Source of the DNA: Gemmatimonadales bacterium
Lineage (GTDB): Bacteria > Gemmatimonadota > Gemmatimonadetes > Gemmatimonadales > GWC2-71-9
Reading direction: 5' to 3'
Length of the DNA stretch: 64,000 bases
Assembly: GCA_035602245.1 (NCBI GenBank)
Contig: DATNMO010000059.1
Coordinates: forward strand, 91,062-155,061
The position numbers and the translations under genes are program-made. Position 1 is the stretch's first letter. Each line of letters opens with the position of its first letter. The notes beneath the pieces are model-generated. The model was given only the letters and a program-made list of their open reading frames with translations. It did no database searches and was not told the DNA's origin. Below, one piece after another: positions 27,438 to 38,463 of the stretch.

Positions 27438-28948
27438 ACGTTGTTTCCTTTCCCCCAGCCACCACCGCCCGGGGTCTCGATGCGGAGGATATCCCCCGCA
27501 ACCAGTCGCAATGTGGTTTTTGACGAGAGCGCGGAGCCGTTGAGCAGATTCGCGCCCGTCGCGCCTTCCGAGCCGCCGGCGGCCCCTACCGGAGGGTGAC
27601 GCCGGCGCTCCGTCAACAACGTCGCTTCCATTGGCGCCAAGGCTTCAAACTCTCGCACCACACCTTTCCCGCCTCCCCACGTCCCCACTCCTCCACTTCC
27701 CTCGCGAAGTGCGTACGTCCGCACCCTGAGCGGATGTTCCAGCTCCAGCACCTCGATCGGCGTGTTGCGCGTATTGGACATTCCCACGTGTACGCCGGAC
27801 GGCCCGTTCGCCCCCCGGCTCGCTCCCTGCCCGCCGCCGATCGTCTCATAATACGTCCACCCGTCTCCGCCGAACGTCACGTTGTTCATGGTCCCCTGGC
27901 CCTGCGCCGGGACCGGACATCCGCCGGCGGCGAGGGCGCGGAACACCGTGTCGGCGATGCGTTGCGATGTCTCAACGTTTCCCGCAGCGACGGCGCTGGG
28001 TGGGCGCGCATTGATGAGGCAGCCCGGTGGTGCCGTCACCATCACGGCGCGCGGCACGCCGCCGTTCATCGGCACGTCCTCGGGCAGCAGCGTGCGGACC
28101 ACGAACAATACCGCTGAGCGGGTGACGGCGATCGGGCAGTTCACGTTTCCCGGTGCCGCCGCCGCGGTTCCCGTGAAATCGGCGTGGAACACCCCGCCCT
28201 CGATCTTCACTCGCACCCGGATCTCGAGATCCCGAGCGACGACGCCGTCGCCCTCCAGATAGTCCGTTGCTGCTGCGTCCACCGTCATTTTCGACAGCAG
28301 AGCCTTGGTACGACGTTCGGCATAATCGAGGAGCTGCTGGGCCGCGTCGCAGAGCGGGCCCCAGCCGTGCCGCCGCGCCAGTGCGCGGAGTCCCTCCGCG
28401 CCCCGCTCCACGGCCGCGCGCTGTGCCGCAAGATCACCCCGCCGCATCGCCGGCGTCCGCACGTTTGCCAGCAGCAGCCGCTCGACCTCCGGCGTCAGGC
28501 GCGTCGGCGGAATGACGAGTCCCTCCTGGTACAGCTCCCGCGCGCCGGCGGGCATGCTGCCCGGGCTCATCCCACCCACATCCGAATGGTGCGCGCGCAC
28601 CACGCTGTATCCCCCGACCTTCCCTTCGACCTCGATCGCGCCGATGAGGGTGAGATCGGGAAGATGGCTCCCGCCCGCGTATGGGTCGTTGAGGAGGAAA
28701 AGCTCGCCCGGCTCCGGTTGCAGCTCGCGCACGGCCGCGACGGCGTCGGCCAGCGCGCCGAGGTGCACGGGGATATGGGCGGCCTGCGCGATCATCTCGC
28801 CCTCAGCGTCGAACAGCGCCGCGGACGCATCGCGCCGCTCCCGGATATTGGGCGAGAGCGCGCTGTGTACGAGCACGAGGCCCATTTCCTCCGCGATGGA
28901 CGCGAAGGCGTGGGCCATCACCTCGAGCCCGACGGCGTCGAGCGTCAC
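27434..28948 (-). CDS. hydantoinase B/oxoprolinase family protein
   Basis: 504 aa with SPNIRERRDASAALFD, NDPYAGGSHLPD and a GGGGWG C-terminus, typical of HyuB. Confidence 0.92.
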   Translation of the reverse strand: MTLDAVGLEVMAHAFASIAEEMGLVLVHSALSPNIRERRDASAALFDAEGEMIAQAAHIPVHLGALADAVAAVRELQPEPGELFLLNDPYAGGSHLPDLTLIGAIEVEGKVGGYSVVRAHHSDVGGMSPGSMPAGARELYQEGLVIPPTRLTPEVERLLLANVRTPAMRRGDLAAQRAAVERGAEGLRALARRHGWGPLCDAAQQLLDYAERRTKALLSKMTVDAAATDYLEGDGVVARDLEIRVRVKIEGGVFHADFTGTAAAAPGNVNCPIAVTRSAVLFVVRTLLPEDVPMNGGVPRAVMVTAPPGCLINARPPSAVAAGNVETSQRIADTVFRALAAGGCPVPAQGQGTMNNVTFGGDGWTYYETIGGGQGASRGANGPSGVHVGMSNTRNTPIEVLELEHPLRVRTYALREGSGGVGTWGGGKGVVREFEALAPMEATLLTERRRHPPVGAAGGSEGATGANLLNGSALSSKTTLRLVAGDILRIETPGGGGWGKGNNV

Positions 28949-30915
28949 GATCGCTCCAGAAGCACTGCGCCGGAGGCGTGCACGGTGCCGCGCCAGCCGG
29001 GCTCGATCAAGCCGGTGGCGTCGAGTCCGGCAAGCACGACCGGTCCTTTGAGCCGGCGTCCCTCAGGCAGCTCCCCCAAGGGCCACACTTCTGCCCGCAC
29101 CCGCGCGCCGTCGCGCGTCACGATCTCGCGGTGTCCCGCCGTCGGTGTACCCACCCCCACACGCCGGCCCAGCGTCGGCGCCTGCACCGCTCGCTCGACC
29201 GCCACGCGCAGGTTGACCAGCTCGACGGGTTGTTCCGGATCGGCATGGCCATGGCGCGCCTGATGCGCCGCCCGGAAGGAGGTCGCAAGCGCAGCCGGGT
29301 CGTCGCGCGGTGCCGGTACAGTGACTTCGTACCCCTGCCCCGCGAAGCGGCAGTCGGCAAACCGCGCGAGCGTCCCCTCAGGAAGGGCGGCGGTCCCCGC
29401 GGCGATGAGCGGTTGAAACCCGCGTGCGAGCGCCGTGGCGTCGAGATCGGCGAGGCGACGGTGCAAGGATGCGAGCAACTCCACCCGCTCGGGCGCGGCG
29501 GCGAGTCCCAGCGCGCTGAGCACGCCCGGATGCGGCGGAATAACGACGCGTGTCATGCCCAAGGCGTCGGCGAGGGCGCAGCCGAAGAGCGGCCCCGCGC
29601 CGCCGAATGGCAGCAATGTCATACCGCGAGGATCGATGCCCCGCGCCACGCTGACTCGCTTCAGCGCGCGGGCCATGACGGCGGTCGCGACCTGCACGAT
29701 GCCCGCAGCGACCTGGCGTGCATCGCACCCCATCGCGCCGGCGAGCGTTGCGAGCGCCCGCTCCGCCGCGGCCCGATCCAGCCGCACGTCGTCCGCGATG
29801 GCGTGTCCCGGATCGAGCCAGCCAAGTACGAGGCACGCGTCCGTGACGGTGGGCTCGGTTCCTCCGCGGCCATAACAGGCGGGTCCCGGTTCCGCTCCCG
29901 CGCTCCGCGGCCCCACGCGCAGCGCACCGCCCTCGTCCACGGAGGCGATGCTGCCTCCGCCGGCGCTCACCGTTTCGATCAAAATGGCCGGCAGCGCGAG
30001 CGGAACCCCCGCGATCGATTCCGCTCCTTCGGTGAGAGCGACGCCGCCCCGCACGAGACTCGCATCGGCGCTCGTACCGCCCATGTCGAGCGTCAGCAGC
30101 TCGCCGACGCCTACCGCATGACCGACGAGACGCGCCCCAACCACTCCACCCGCCGGCCCCGACAGCGCCAGGCTCGCCGCTCGGGCAGCCGCCTGTTCGG
30201 GCGCGAGCGTCCCCCCGCTTGACGTCATGATGCGCAGTGAGCGTACACCCTTGCTCTCACTCATCGTTGCGGTTTTTGCGAGGTACGCCGCCACCGTCGG
30301 CCTCAAGTAAGCCTCCGCGGTGGTGGTGCTGGTCCGCTCATATTCACGGAACACGGGGAGCACTTCGTGGCTCGCCGCGACGGGAACGTTCGGCAGCGCG
30401 GCGCGCAGCGCTCGGGCGAGCCGCTGCTCGTGCGAGGGATGGCGGAACGCGAACAGGAGCGCGACCGCGACGGCCCCGGGAGCGAGCGTGCGCACCGCGT
30501 CTACGATGCGCACGACTTCTGCGTCGCTCAGAGGTAGGACAGCACCATCGGCGCCCATCCGCTCCCGCGCACCCACGACATCCTTGCGCGCGACGAGGGG
30601 GGGAGGATGATCGCGGGCGAGGTCATAAAGCGAGGCGCGATCCTGGCGGCGCAGCCAGAGGAGGTCTTCGAAGCCCGCCGTCGTCACCAGCGCCACGCGC
30701 GCGCCCCGGCGCTCGAGCAGCGCGTTGGTCGCGACAGTGGTCCCGTGCACCAGGACGTCGACCGATGTCGACCCCAGAGCATCGAGGGCACGGAACAATC
30801 CGATCGCGGGATCCTGCGGCGTGCTCGCCACCTTGCGGATCTCGAGGCTGCCGTCGGGCGTGACCGCGACGAGATCAGTGAACGTCCCGCCGACGTCCAC
30901 ACCTACGCGGGTCAT
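28945..30915 (-). CDS. hydantoinase/oxoprolinase family protein (A subunit)
   Basis: 656 aa. The N-terminus MTRVGVDVGGTFTDLV and the motifs HGTTVATNALLERRGA and LDMGGTSAD match the HyuA/ASKHA fold. Confidence 0.92.
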   Translation of the reverse strand: MTRVGVDVGGTFTDLVAVTPDGSLEIRKVASTPQDPAIGLFRALDALGSTSVDVLVHGTTVATNALLERRGARVALVTTAGFEDLLWLRRQDRASLYDLARDHPPPLVARKDVVGARERMGADGAVLPLSDAEVVRIVDAVRTLAPGAVAVALLFAFRHPSHEQRLARALRAALPNVPVAASHEVLPVFREYERTSTTTAEAYLRPTVAAYLAKTATMSESKGVRSLRIMTSSGGTLAPEQAAARAASLALSGPAGGVVGARLVGHAVGVGELLTLDMGGTSADASLVRGGVALTEGAESIAGVPLALPAILIETVSAGGGSIASVDEGGALRVGPRSAGAEPGPACYGRGGTEPTVTDACLVLGWLDPGHAIADDVRLDRAAAERALATLAGAMGCDARQVAAGIVQVATAVMARALKRVSVARGIDPRGMTLLPFGGAGPLFGCALADALGMTRVVIPPHPGVLSALGLAAAPERVELLASLHRRLADLDATALARGFQPLIAAGTAALPEGTLARFADCRFAGQGYEVTVPAPRDDPAALATSFRAAHQARHGHADPEQPVELVNLRVAVERAVQAPTLGRRVGVGTPTAGHREIVTRDGARVRAEVWPLGELPEGRRLKGPVVLAGLDATGLIEPGWRGTVHASGAVLLERS

Positions 30916-32435
30916 GGCGCGAAGCGGCGCTTGAGGAGGAACGCGATGCCGGTGAGCGTGAGCGCGACCACCAGCATCCCCACCCAGTCGCCCAGTCGCA
31001 CGTAGAGGGTGATCACGTCACTCGTCCGGAGGAGGTCGGCCACGATCCCTTCCTCATTCAGTCTGGTCGCGGCGTACGCCCGGCCCAGCGGATCGAGGAA
31101 TTCGGAGATCCCTGAATTCGCCGCGCGGGCGACGCCCATCCGCGTTTCGATGGCGCGCAGCACGAGGTGGGACGCATGCTGCCGGGGCGCGCTGGTGCGC
31201 CCAAACCACGCGTCGTTGGTGATGTTGACCAGGAAGTCGGCGCCGCGCGCGCGGTACTTGCGCGGCAGGTCTTCGAACGCCGACTCATAGCAGATGATGA
31301 CGCCGAATCGGCCGATCGGTGATTCGTAGACTGGCAACACCGTGCCGGAGCGGAACCCCCCGGACCAGCGAGCCAGGCCCGGAATCGCCCGAAACAGCCG
31401 GACGGGGACGAACGGCACGCGTTCCGTCACGGGCACGAGGTAGTGCTTTGCGTAGATGAGATACCCCTCGCGCGAACCAGTCGCATCGTAGAAAAATGCG
31501 GCGTTGTATATGAAGTACCCACCACGGGGGTCGCGCTCGGCATTGAGCCCGCCGGCCAGGATAGGTGTGCGGCGCGCGCGCGTGAAGGTGGCGATGGCTG
31601 AGTCCCACTGTGGATGATCGAGGAAGTAGCCCGGGATGGCGGCTTCAGGCCAGACGAGGAGCTGTGGCCGTGGGGTCCGCGCCATCAGGTCTGTGGATAG
31701 CCCCAACAGCCTGGCCATGACGCTGTCGGCATGGGAGGGATCCCACTTCTCACGGAACCCCTCGTTGGGCTGCACCAGCCCGACCACCCCGGCTTCGCGG
31801 ATCGGCAGCGTCTTCATGCGCCACGCCCCGTAACCGAGCGCCAGCATGATCGTGATCACCACCGGCGCCAGCCCGCGTACCGCATACCGCCTGCCGCGTT
31901 CGTCGGTCGCGGCTTCGACGATCGCGACATTGCACCACGCCACCCACAGCGTCACGCCGCGTGCGCCGGCGATGTCCGCCCACTGAACCAGCAGCGGCGC
32001 ATCCGCGAGCGACGTACCCAGGCCGAGCCAGGGAAAGCTCACGTCGCCGAGGTGCCCGATCAGCCATTCGAGCGCGGTCCACGCAACGGGCAGGACGACC
32101 CACAGCGGCACGGCCGGCGCGGCGAGCCGCACGCGTACGACGAACCAGAACAGCACCCCGGTCATGAGGCCGAGCACGGCGACCGTGGCGAGATAGCCGA
32201 GCGCCGCGAACGGGGTGAAGTGCCACAGCGCGACGATCATCCAGTACAGGACGAGCGCGTTGGTGGCGACTCCGTACCACCAGCCCCACCGGAACGCGCG
32301 GCGGGGATCGGCATCCTGCACCGCCTGCCGGACCAGCAGCACGGCGGGCGTGATCGCGAAGAAACTGAGGAAAGGAAGCGGAAACGGAGGGTAGCTGAAA
32401 AAGAGCGCGAGCGCGCCCAGCGCAACGAGGATCAC
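30912..32435 (-). CDS. lnt: apolipoprotein N-acyltransferase
   Basis: An N-terminal polytopic region is followed by a CN-hydrolase domain (LLVWPEAAIP, GVIICYESAF). I chose GTG 32435 because it forms a GTGA overlap with the upstream stop. The ORF-track start (GTG 32561) would overlap the upstream gene by 130 nt. Confidence 0.85.
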   Translation of the reverse strand: MILVALGALALFFSYPPFPLPFLSFFAITPAVLLVRQAVQDADPRRAFRWGWWYGVATNALVLYWMIVALWHFTPFAALGYLATVAVLGLMTGVLFWFVVRVRLAAPAVPLWVVLPVAWTALEWLIGHLGDVSFPWLGLGTSLADAPLLVQWADIAGARGVTLWVAWCNVAIVEAATDERGRRYAVRGLAPVVITIMLALGYGAWRMKTLPIREAGVVGLVQPNEGFREKWDPSHADSVMARLLGLSTDLMARTPRPQLLVWPEAAIPGYFLDHPQWDSAIATFTRARRTPILAGGLNAERDPRGGYFIYNAAFFYDATGSREGYLIYAKHYLVPVTERVPFVPVRLFRAIPGLARWSGGFRSGTVLPVYESPIGRFGVIICYESAFEDLPRKYRARGADFLVNITNDAWFGRTSAPRQHASHLVLRAIETRMGVARAANSGISEFLDPLGRAYAATRLNEEGIVADLLRTSDVITLYVRLGDWVGMLVVALTLTGIAFLLKRRFAP

Positions 32436-33439
32436 AGCAATACGTCGTGGCCTTCGTCGGCCGACCGGTAGATCGCGTCCAGCACCCGCTGCAGCGCCAA
32501 CTGGTCGCGGGGCGGCGGCGCGTTCACGTCCCCCTTGATGACCGCGAGGAAGTACATCCACTCGGCACGGTAGGACTGGATGAACGGGGTCTCGCGTCCG
32601 ATCGCCCCCGTCGGCGTAACGTCCACCGGAGTGCCGTGCTGCTCACGGAAGATGCGGAGCGGCTGGATCGTCGCCGAGCCCTTGGCGCCCACGATGTCGA
32701 ACCAGAAGCGCTCACCCTCCCCCATATGACGCCAGCTCACGTCCACCGCAATCGACACGCCATTCTCACACACGATGAGCGCCGAGCCCATGTTCTCGAC
32801 GCCATCCTTGCTCGGACGCGTCAGATGCGCCGAAATCCGCTTCGGCGCGGGCCACCCCGCCAGCCACAGGCCGAGATCGATCAGCGGCAGGCCGAGGTCG
32901 AGCACCGCGCCTCCGCCCGCCTGGTCGCGCCGCAGCCGCCAGCTCAGCATCTGGCGACTCGGCTGAAACGTGTACCAACCGCCGCGCACCGCTTGCAACG
33001 CGCCCAGATCGCCGCCGGCGAGAAAGCCGCGCACGGCCTGCACGTCGGAGCGGAAGCGGTGGTTCATACCCACCATCACCCGCTTGCCGTACTTGTCGCT
33101 CGCCGCGAGCACGCGTTCGACGCCCGCGAGGTTCAGCGCGAGCGGCCGCTCGCACAGCACGTGCGCGCCTGCCGCCAGGGCGGACGTGACGTGGATCTCG
33201 TGCAGGTGGTTGGGTGTGCAGATGACGACGGCGTCGACGTTGGCGTAGCGGAGCACCTCCTCGATATCATCGTACGTGTCCTTCACTTCGAACCGCGCGG
33301 CGAGCGCCTGCGCCTTGCTCACATCGTTGTCGCAGATCGCGGCCACCTCCACGCCCGAGAGCTTGCGCAGCACCGGCAGATGGGCCACCTGCGAAATGGC
33401 CCCCGCCCCGATCACGCCGACCCGAATGGGATCGTTCAC
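32432..33439 (-). CDS. Gfo/Idh/MocA family oxidoreductase
   Basis: The N-terminus MNDPIRVGVIGAGAISQVAHLPVL is a Rossmann motif. ICTPNHLH and the EKPLA-like CERPLA motif follow. Confidence 0.92.
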   Translation of the reverse strand: MNDPIRVGVIGAGAISQVAHLPVLRKLSGVEVAAICDNDVSKAQALAARFEVKDTYDDIEEVLRYANVDAVVICTPNHLHEIHVTSALAAGAHVLCERPLALNLAGVERVLAASDKYGKRVMVGMNHRFRSDVQAVRGFLAGGDLGALQAVRGGWYTFQPSRQMLSWRLRRDQAGGGAVLDLGLPLIDLGLWLAGWPAPKRISAHLTRPSKDGVENMGSALIVCENGVSIAVDVSWRHMGEGERFWFDIVGAKGSATIQPLRIFREQHGTPVDVTPTGAIGRETPFIQSYRAEWMYFLAVIKGDVNAPPPRDQLALQRVLDAIYRSADEGHDVLL

Positions 33440-34104
33440 CGCTCTCCCTTCGTGCGGAACCGGTACATCAAGCCGCAGCGCAGGCTGCCGGTGTTCAGCC
33501 CGCTGGACAGCGTGCCGCGTCCGTCCACCGTGAATCGCCAGGTCGGAGACAAGTGAAACTCGATGCCGACCGTGCCGTTCAGGCCGGCGCTGATCACGTC
33601 CAGCGCGTCTTCTACGAACGTGCCGTTGATCGCGCGGCCGCTGCCGTTGCGCACGTGAATGCCGACGCCCGCCCCCAGGTATGCCGTCGCCTTCTGCCCC
33701 TCCGGGAACACGAACTGGAAATCGACATCTCCGGTCAGATCGCTCCAGAAGATGCGCCCGACGCGGATGGTATCATCGCCGGACGGGTCGATGACGAGAC
33801 TCTTCAGACGCTGCTCAAACCGCGTCCGCGCCTGCTGGTCGAACTCGGAACGGAAATACGAAATGCCCAGCAGCAGCCGCACGTGCGGCGCGATGCGGCC
33901 GTAATCCACTCGGAGGCCGCCCACGATCGTCCCCGTGAGCTCAGAGGCGCCGAGGATACCGATGTCCGCCTGGATACCCGATAAGCGGAGATTGTCGTAG
34001 GAAAACTGGTTGAGAACGCCTTGGGCGGTCAGGCGGTTTAACGGGTGGACGGTTAGCAGCACTGCGAGCACCACCGCCGTTCTAGCCTCAGTAGAGCCGT
34101 TCAA
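33436..34104 (-). CDS. hypothetical secreted/outer-membrane beta-barrel-like protein
   Basis: The ORF has high GC3. From TTG 34104 the product begins (M)[22 protein letters not shown], a signal peptide. Alternating hydrophobic strands follow, ending ..GLMYRFRTKGER. The start is uncertain; the ORF-track start is 34230. Confidence 0.55.
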   Translation of the reverse strand: MNGSTEARTAVVLAVLLTVHPLNRLTAQGVLNQFSYDNLRLSGIQADIGILGASELTGTIVGGLRVDYGRIAPHVRLLLGISYFRSEFDQQARTRFEQRLKSLVIDPSGDDTIRVGRIFWSDLTGDVDFQFVFPEGQKATAYLGAGVGIHVRNGSGRAINGTFVEDALDVISAGLNGTVGIEFHLSPTWRFTVDGRGTLSSGLNTGSLRCGLMYRFRTKGER

Positions 34105-35368
34105 TTTTCGTCCCCGGAAAGTAGGTCGTGAGGATCGTGCGATAGTCCTGGCCCGCGCGGGCGCGTCCGATGGCTCCCCATTGGCACATGCCGACGCCGT
34201 GCCCCGACCCGGCGCCCGCAGCCACGACACGGCTGACTTGTCCGTCGCTCCGCGTGACCGTCAGCTGAAAGGCGCCGCTGTGAAGAATCCGGTCGGGATC
34301 GGGGCGCAGGACGGTTCGCACGTCGGGCGCCGGAATCCGCACGTCGCCCCGCTCGAACACGATCCGCAACTCACCCACCCGTCCGGACCGCGTCGTGCGG
34401 GTCACAGTCACATCGGTGATACGCTGCAGGCTGTCGCCCGAGAGGGGCGTCACGGTCGGCAGCGTTCGCGACAATATAGCGCGGAGCTTGGGGCCGTCCC
34501 ATTCTTCCCGCCACCGAAAGCGCGGCGAGATGTCGCAGTAGTAATGGCCTCCCCCGCTCTGGTCCGAGACCGGTCGCAGATAGGGACGCGGCTGCGCGGT
34601 TGCAAACGCTTCTTCCACTCCCACCGTGCTGGACCCGCAGGTCGAGTGGAAATAGGCGTCGATAACCTCGCCGTCGTACTGCAGCACCTGTCCCGTCGTC
34701 TTCCGCACGGCCTCCCAAACCTGCGGAGTCTCGGCCGAGACGCCGAGGTACACCTGGTCGCGTGTGTCGGCGTAGGCATCGAACCCCTGCCCGCCCCCCA
34801 CCGACTCCCACCGCCCGCGGTTCTTGAGCGCGAAACTGCGCGACACGACGGCCTGGGCGAGGACCGCGGCCTCCTCATCGGGCCGCCGCACCCCGATCTC
34901 GGGACCCACCACGCCGGCGACATAGCTCTCGAGCGCGACGCGATTGAGGACCATGAGCCCGCCGCGGATCGCAGCCACGTGGATCCGCCCCCGGTAGCGG
35001 CGGCCGTTGGCGATGGCGAACCGATTCTCCGTGACATTCACGGCGGCGATACTGCGATAGGCATCCGTCCGCGTGCCGTCGGGCTTCACCAGGCGCAAGC
35101 GTGAGCCGTCGGCCGAGTCGGGGACAACCCTCCAGCGATCACCGGCGGGAATCGACCCCACGGGGGCGGCGCTCGCCTCCTCGGTGAGAAGCAGCTCGCC
35201 GCCGTCAATGCCGCCAAGCGACGCGTAGGGGGCGCCCACCGCCAGCCCCACCCGCAGCTCGAGCTCGGCGTTCGCAGGCGGTCCACCGCCGGCACCATGC
35301 GGACGCGGACACCCCGCGGCCGCCAGCACGGCGGCGCTAGCGAGCGCGTGCTTCGCCCAGCGCCGCAT
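34088..35368 (-). CDS. SpoIID/LytB domain-containing protein (putative lytic transglycosylase-like amidase enhancer)
   Basis: From ATG 35368 the product begins [20 protein letters not shown] (lipoprotein signal). The SpoIID core motifs are [26 protein letters not shown]-like [10 protein letters not shown] and MCQWGA. Confidence 0.85.
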   Translation of the reverse strand: MRRWAKHALASAAVLAAAGCPRPHGAGGGPPANAELELRVGLAVGAPYASLGGIDGGELLLTEEASAAPVGSIPAGDRWRVVPDSADGSRLRLVKPDGTRTDAYRSIAAVNVTENRFAIANGRRYRGRIHVAAIRGGLMVLNRVALESYVAGVVGPEIGVRRPDEEAAVLAQAVVSRSFALKNRGRWESVGGGQGFDAYADTRDQVYLGVSAETPQVWEAVRKTTGQVLQYDGEVIDAYFHSTCGSSTVGVEEAFATAQPRPYLRPVSDQSGGGHYYCDISPRFRWREEWDGPKLRAILSRTLPTVTPLSGDSLQRITDVTVTRTTRSGRVGELRIVFERGDVRIPAPDVRTVLRPDPDRILHSGAFQLTVTRSDGQVSRVVAAGAGSGHGVGMCQWGAIGRARAGQDYRTILTTYFPGTKIERLY

Positions 35369-36623
35369 CGAGCTGCGTGATGGTGAAATCGATGTCCCCG
35401 TCCGTGTGCGCGCTGGAGACGAACGCGGCCTCGAACGCGGATGGCGCGAGGAACACCCCGCGGCCCAGCGCCGCTTTGTGCCAGCGCGCGAACAGCGCCG
35501 TGTCGCTTTTCTTGGCGTCCGCGTAGTTGCGGACGGGACCGGCGCTGAAATAGATGCCCCACATGGAGCCGGCATGGCCGAGCGTCATCGCGATGCCATG
35601 GCGGCGCGCCGCCTCAGAGAGTCCGCCGAGGAGCCGCGCCGTGCGCCTCTCCAGCGCTTCGTAGAACCCGGAGCGGGCCGTCTCACGCAGGGTGGTCAAC
35701 CCTGCAGCCATCGCCACCGGGTTACCCGACAGCGTGCCCGCCTGGTACACCGGCCCCTCCGGCGCCACGCGCCGCATCAGGTCGGCGCGGCCCCCGTATG
35801 CACCCACCGGGAAGCCGCCTCCGATGATCTTGCCCAATGTCGTGAGATCGGGCCGGATCCTCAGCCGTTCCTGCGCCCCACCCGCCAGTACGCGGAATCC
35901 GGTCATCACCTCGTCGAAGATCAGGAGCGCGCCGTGCCGGTCGCACAGCGCGCGCAACGCGGGATGGAAGTCGGGGTCAGGAGCAATGAACCCCACGTTG
36001 CCCACGTACGGCTCGACGATCACCGCCGCGATCCGGTCGGCGTGCTTCCGGAACAGATCGGCCACGGCCTCGGCGTCGTTGAACGGCGCCGTCAGCGTGA
36101 GATTCGTGAGGGCGGCGGGAACGCCGGGACTGTCGGGGAGCCCGAGCGTCGCCACACCGGAGCCCGCCTTCACGAGGAAGCCGTCGGCATGCCCGTGGTA
36201 GCAGCCGTCGAACTTTATGATCAATTCGCGGCCAGTCGCGGCGCGCGCGAGCCGCACCGCCGCCATCGTGGCCTCCGTGCCGCTGTTCACGAATCGCATC
36301 ATCTCAAGTGACGGCATGCGGCGCCGCACTTCCTCGGCGAGCTCGACCTCGGCTTCACAGGGCGCCCCGTAGGTCCAGCCCCGTTCCGCTGCCTGACGCA
36401 CGGCGTCGAGCACCGCCGGGTGGGCGTGACCCAGGATCAATGGACCCCAGGAGCACACGTAGTCCACATAGCTCGTGCCGTCGACGTCGGTGAGCCGGCA
36501 GCCCGCCGCATGCGCGACAAAAAAAGGCGTCCCGCCGACTGCTCGGAACGCCCGTACGGGCGAATTCACGCCCCCGGGCAGCACGCGTTTCGCCCGGTCG
36601 AACAATTCGTTGGAGCGCTTCAC
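35337..36623 (-). CDS. hemL: glutamate-1-semialdehyde 2,1-aminomutase
   Basis: 428 aa with N-terminus [12 protein letters not shown], then [16 protein letters not shown] and the PLP-Lys context TLGKIIGGG. Confidence 0.96.
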   Translation of the reverse strand: MKRSNELFDRAKRVLPGGVNSPVRAFRAVGGTPFFVAHAAGCRLTDVDGTSYVDYVCSWGPLILGHAHPAVLDAVRQAAERGWTYGAPCEAEVELAEEVRRRMPSLEMMRFVNSGTEATMAAVRLARAATGRELIIKFDGCYHGHADGFLVKAGSGVATLGLPDSPGVPAALTNLTLTAPFNDAEAVADLFRKHADRIAAVIVEPYVGNVGFIAPDPDFHPALRALCDRHGALLIFDEVMTGFRVLAGGAQERLRIRPDLTTLGKIIGGGFPVGAYGGRADLMRRVAPEGPVYQAGTLSGNPVAMAAGLTTLRETARSGFYEALERRTARLLGGLSEAARRHGIAMTLGHAGSMWGIYFSAGPVRNYADAKKSDTALFARWHKAALGRGVFLAPSAFEAAFVSSAHTDGDIDFTITQLDAALGEARAR

Positions 36624-37936
36624 GTCAGCGCGGCCGCCTGGAAGTCGTAGTCCTCGCTCGCGGTGATGCGCGCACGCACGAAGTTGCCTGGTGACGCCCA
36701 GCCACCCCGCGCCAGGTACGTGACCCCGTCGACGTCCTCGGCTTGCCAGCGCACGCGCCCCACGTGGGTCGCGCCCTGCTCGTCGGGATCGGTCACCCGA
36801 TCCACGAGCACATCCACCTCACGTCCGACGAACCGCGACAGACGCTCACCCGAGATCACCCGCTGCACTTCGAGCAGCTCCTCCAGGCGCTCGCGTTTGA
36901 TCTCGTCGGGGACATCGTCCGGATACTGCATGGCGCGCGTCCCCTCCTGCGGCGAGTAGGCGAACGCGCCCATCCGATCGAATTGCGCCTCTTCGAGGAA
37001 CGCGAGCAGCGCGCGGTAGTCCTCCTCGGTCTCGCCCGGATAGCCCACGAGGCAGGTCGTGCGGATGGCGAGATCGGGGATCGCGCCACGCAGCCAGGCA
37101 AGCTTGTCGCGCAGTGTGTTCGCCCGCTCCGGGCGCCGCATCCGCTCGAGCATACGGTCGCTCGCGTGCTGGATCGGCATATCGATGTAGGGGACGATGC
37201 GGGGCTCGCGCGCCATCAGCGCTACCAGCCGCTCGCTGATCCCGGCCGAATAGACGTACAGCAGGCGGTACCAGGGCACGGTGGTCTCACGCAGCAGTGC
37301 CTCGAGCAGGTCTGGAAGCTTGGGACCTTTAGGCCCGAGATCGCGGCCCCAGTGTCCGAGGTCCTGTGCAACCAGGTTGATCTCCTGCGCGCCCTGCGCT
37401 TCGAGAAGCTGGGCTTCGCGCAGGAGGTGCGCGAGCGGCTCGGAGCGGTGCTTCCCCCGCATCAGGGGAATGGCGCAGAAGCCGCAGGTGTGGTCGCAGC
37501 CCTCGGAGATCTTGAGGTAACGCACGTGCGGCAGGTCGCCGAGGAATTGGCGCACGCCGGGATGCGAGGCCAGGGGATCGTCGATGAGCCCGCGTTGCGC
37601 CAGCTCGGGGACGAGGTGATGCAGTTCGGAGAAGCCGAGAAAGAGATCGACCTCGGGGATCTCCTGCGCCAACTCCTGTTTGTAGCGCTGCACGAGGCAG
37701 CCGACCGCCACGACCGCCTTCACGTCCCCTTCCTCTTTGAGCTTAGCGGCCCCAAGAATCGCGTCGATCGATTCCTGCTTGGCGGCGTCGATGAACCCGC
37801 AGGTGTTGACGAGGATGACGTCGGCGGTTGGGAGGTCGGGCGTGACGACGGCGCCGTGACCCACCAGCTCGCCCACGAGCCGTTCCGAGTCCACCGTCGC
37901 CTTATCGCATCCCAGGGAGATGACGCCGAGTTTCAT
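36620..37936 (-). CDS. rimO: ribosomal protein S12 methylthiotransferase RimO
   Basis: A UPF0004 N-terminal domain ([19 protein letters not shown]), a radical-SAM CxxxCxxC motif ([11 protein letters not shown]) and a C-terminal TRAM domain. Confidence 0.95.
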   Translation of the reverse strand: MKLGVISLGCDKATVDSERLVGELVGHGAVVTPDLPTADVILVNTCGFIDAAKQESIDAILGAAKLKEEGDVKAVVAVGCLVQRYKQELAQEIPEVDLFLGFSELHHLVPELAQRGLIDDPLASHPGVRQFLGDLPHVRYLKISEGCDHTCGFCAIPLMRGKHRSEPLAHLLREAQLLEAQGAQEINLVAQDLGHWGRDLGPKGPKLPDLLEALLRETTVPWYRLLYVYSAGISERLVALMAREPRIVPYIDMPIQHASDRMLERMRRPERANTLRDKLAWLRGAIPDLAIRTTCLVGYPGETEEDYRALLAFLEEAQFDRMGAFAYSPQEGTRAMQYPDDVPDEIKRERLEELLEVQRVISGERLSRFVGREVDVLVDRVTDPDEQGATHVGRVRWQAEDVDGVTYLARGGWASPGNFVRARITASEDYDFQAAALT

Positions 37937-38436
37937 CCGCGGTAGTTCCCGAACTTCAGCTCGAGGCCGAAGTCCTGGCTGCGCAGAAAGGCGATCACCT
38001 CTTGCAGCTCGTCCTTGACGGGCGACTGCACGCGAATCTCCTCGCCCTGAATCGACGCTTGGGCCTTCTTGAACTTTTTGTCCTTGATCGCCTTCACGAT
38101 TGCCTTCGCCTTTTCCTGCGGGATGCCCTGCGTGAGCTTGATCTCGCGGCGGACGGTATCGTTTGCGGCCGGGGTGATGGCGCCGAGCTCGAGGTTTTTC
38201 ACCGGCACGCCGCGCTTGACCAGCTTCGACTGCAGCACGTCGAACAGCGCTTTCATTTTGAAGTCGTCGTCGGCCACGAGGGTGAGGGTAAGCTTGGCGC
38301 GGTCGAAGGCGAGAGAGGCCTTGGAGCCTTTGAAGTCGTAGCGCTGGGCCACCTCTTTGGTGGCCTGATTGACGGCGTTATCCACCTCTTGGAGATCCGC
38401 GCCGGTCGAGATGTCGAACGAAGACTGGTTGGCCAT
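37933..38436 (-). CDS. yajQ: YajQ family cyclic-di-GMP/nucleotide-binding protein
   Basis: 167 aa. SFDISTGADLQEVDNAVNQATKEVAQRYDFKGS at the N-terminus and ..LKFGNYRG at the C-terminus are typical of YajQ/UPF0234. Confidence 0.93.
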   Translation of the reverse strand: MANQSSFDISTGADLQEVDNAVNQATKEVAQRYDFKGSKASLAFDRAKLTLTLVADDDFKMKALFDVLQSKLVKRGVPVKNLELGAITPAANDTVRREIKLTQGIPQEKAKAIVKAIKDKKFKKAQASIQGEEIRVQSPVKDELQEVIAFLRSQDFGLELKFGNYRG

Positions 38437-38463
38437 AGGGCGGTAAATCTACCCGCCCGGGCC

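Noticed and set aside
28184-30222. Plus-strand ORFs of 359 and 414 aa antisense to hyuB and hyuA. Similar antisense ORFs are 32447-33556, 36743-37945, 53081-54618, 56697-57818 and 61859-63127.
   Set aside because: All are opposite genes with strong family motifs and have Arg/His/Gly/Asp-rich, low-information translations. They are typical GC-rich shadow frames.
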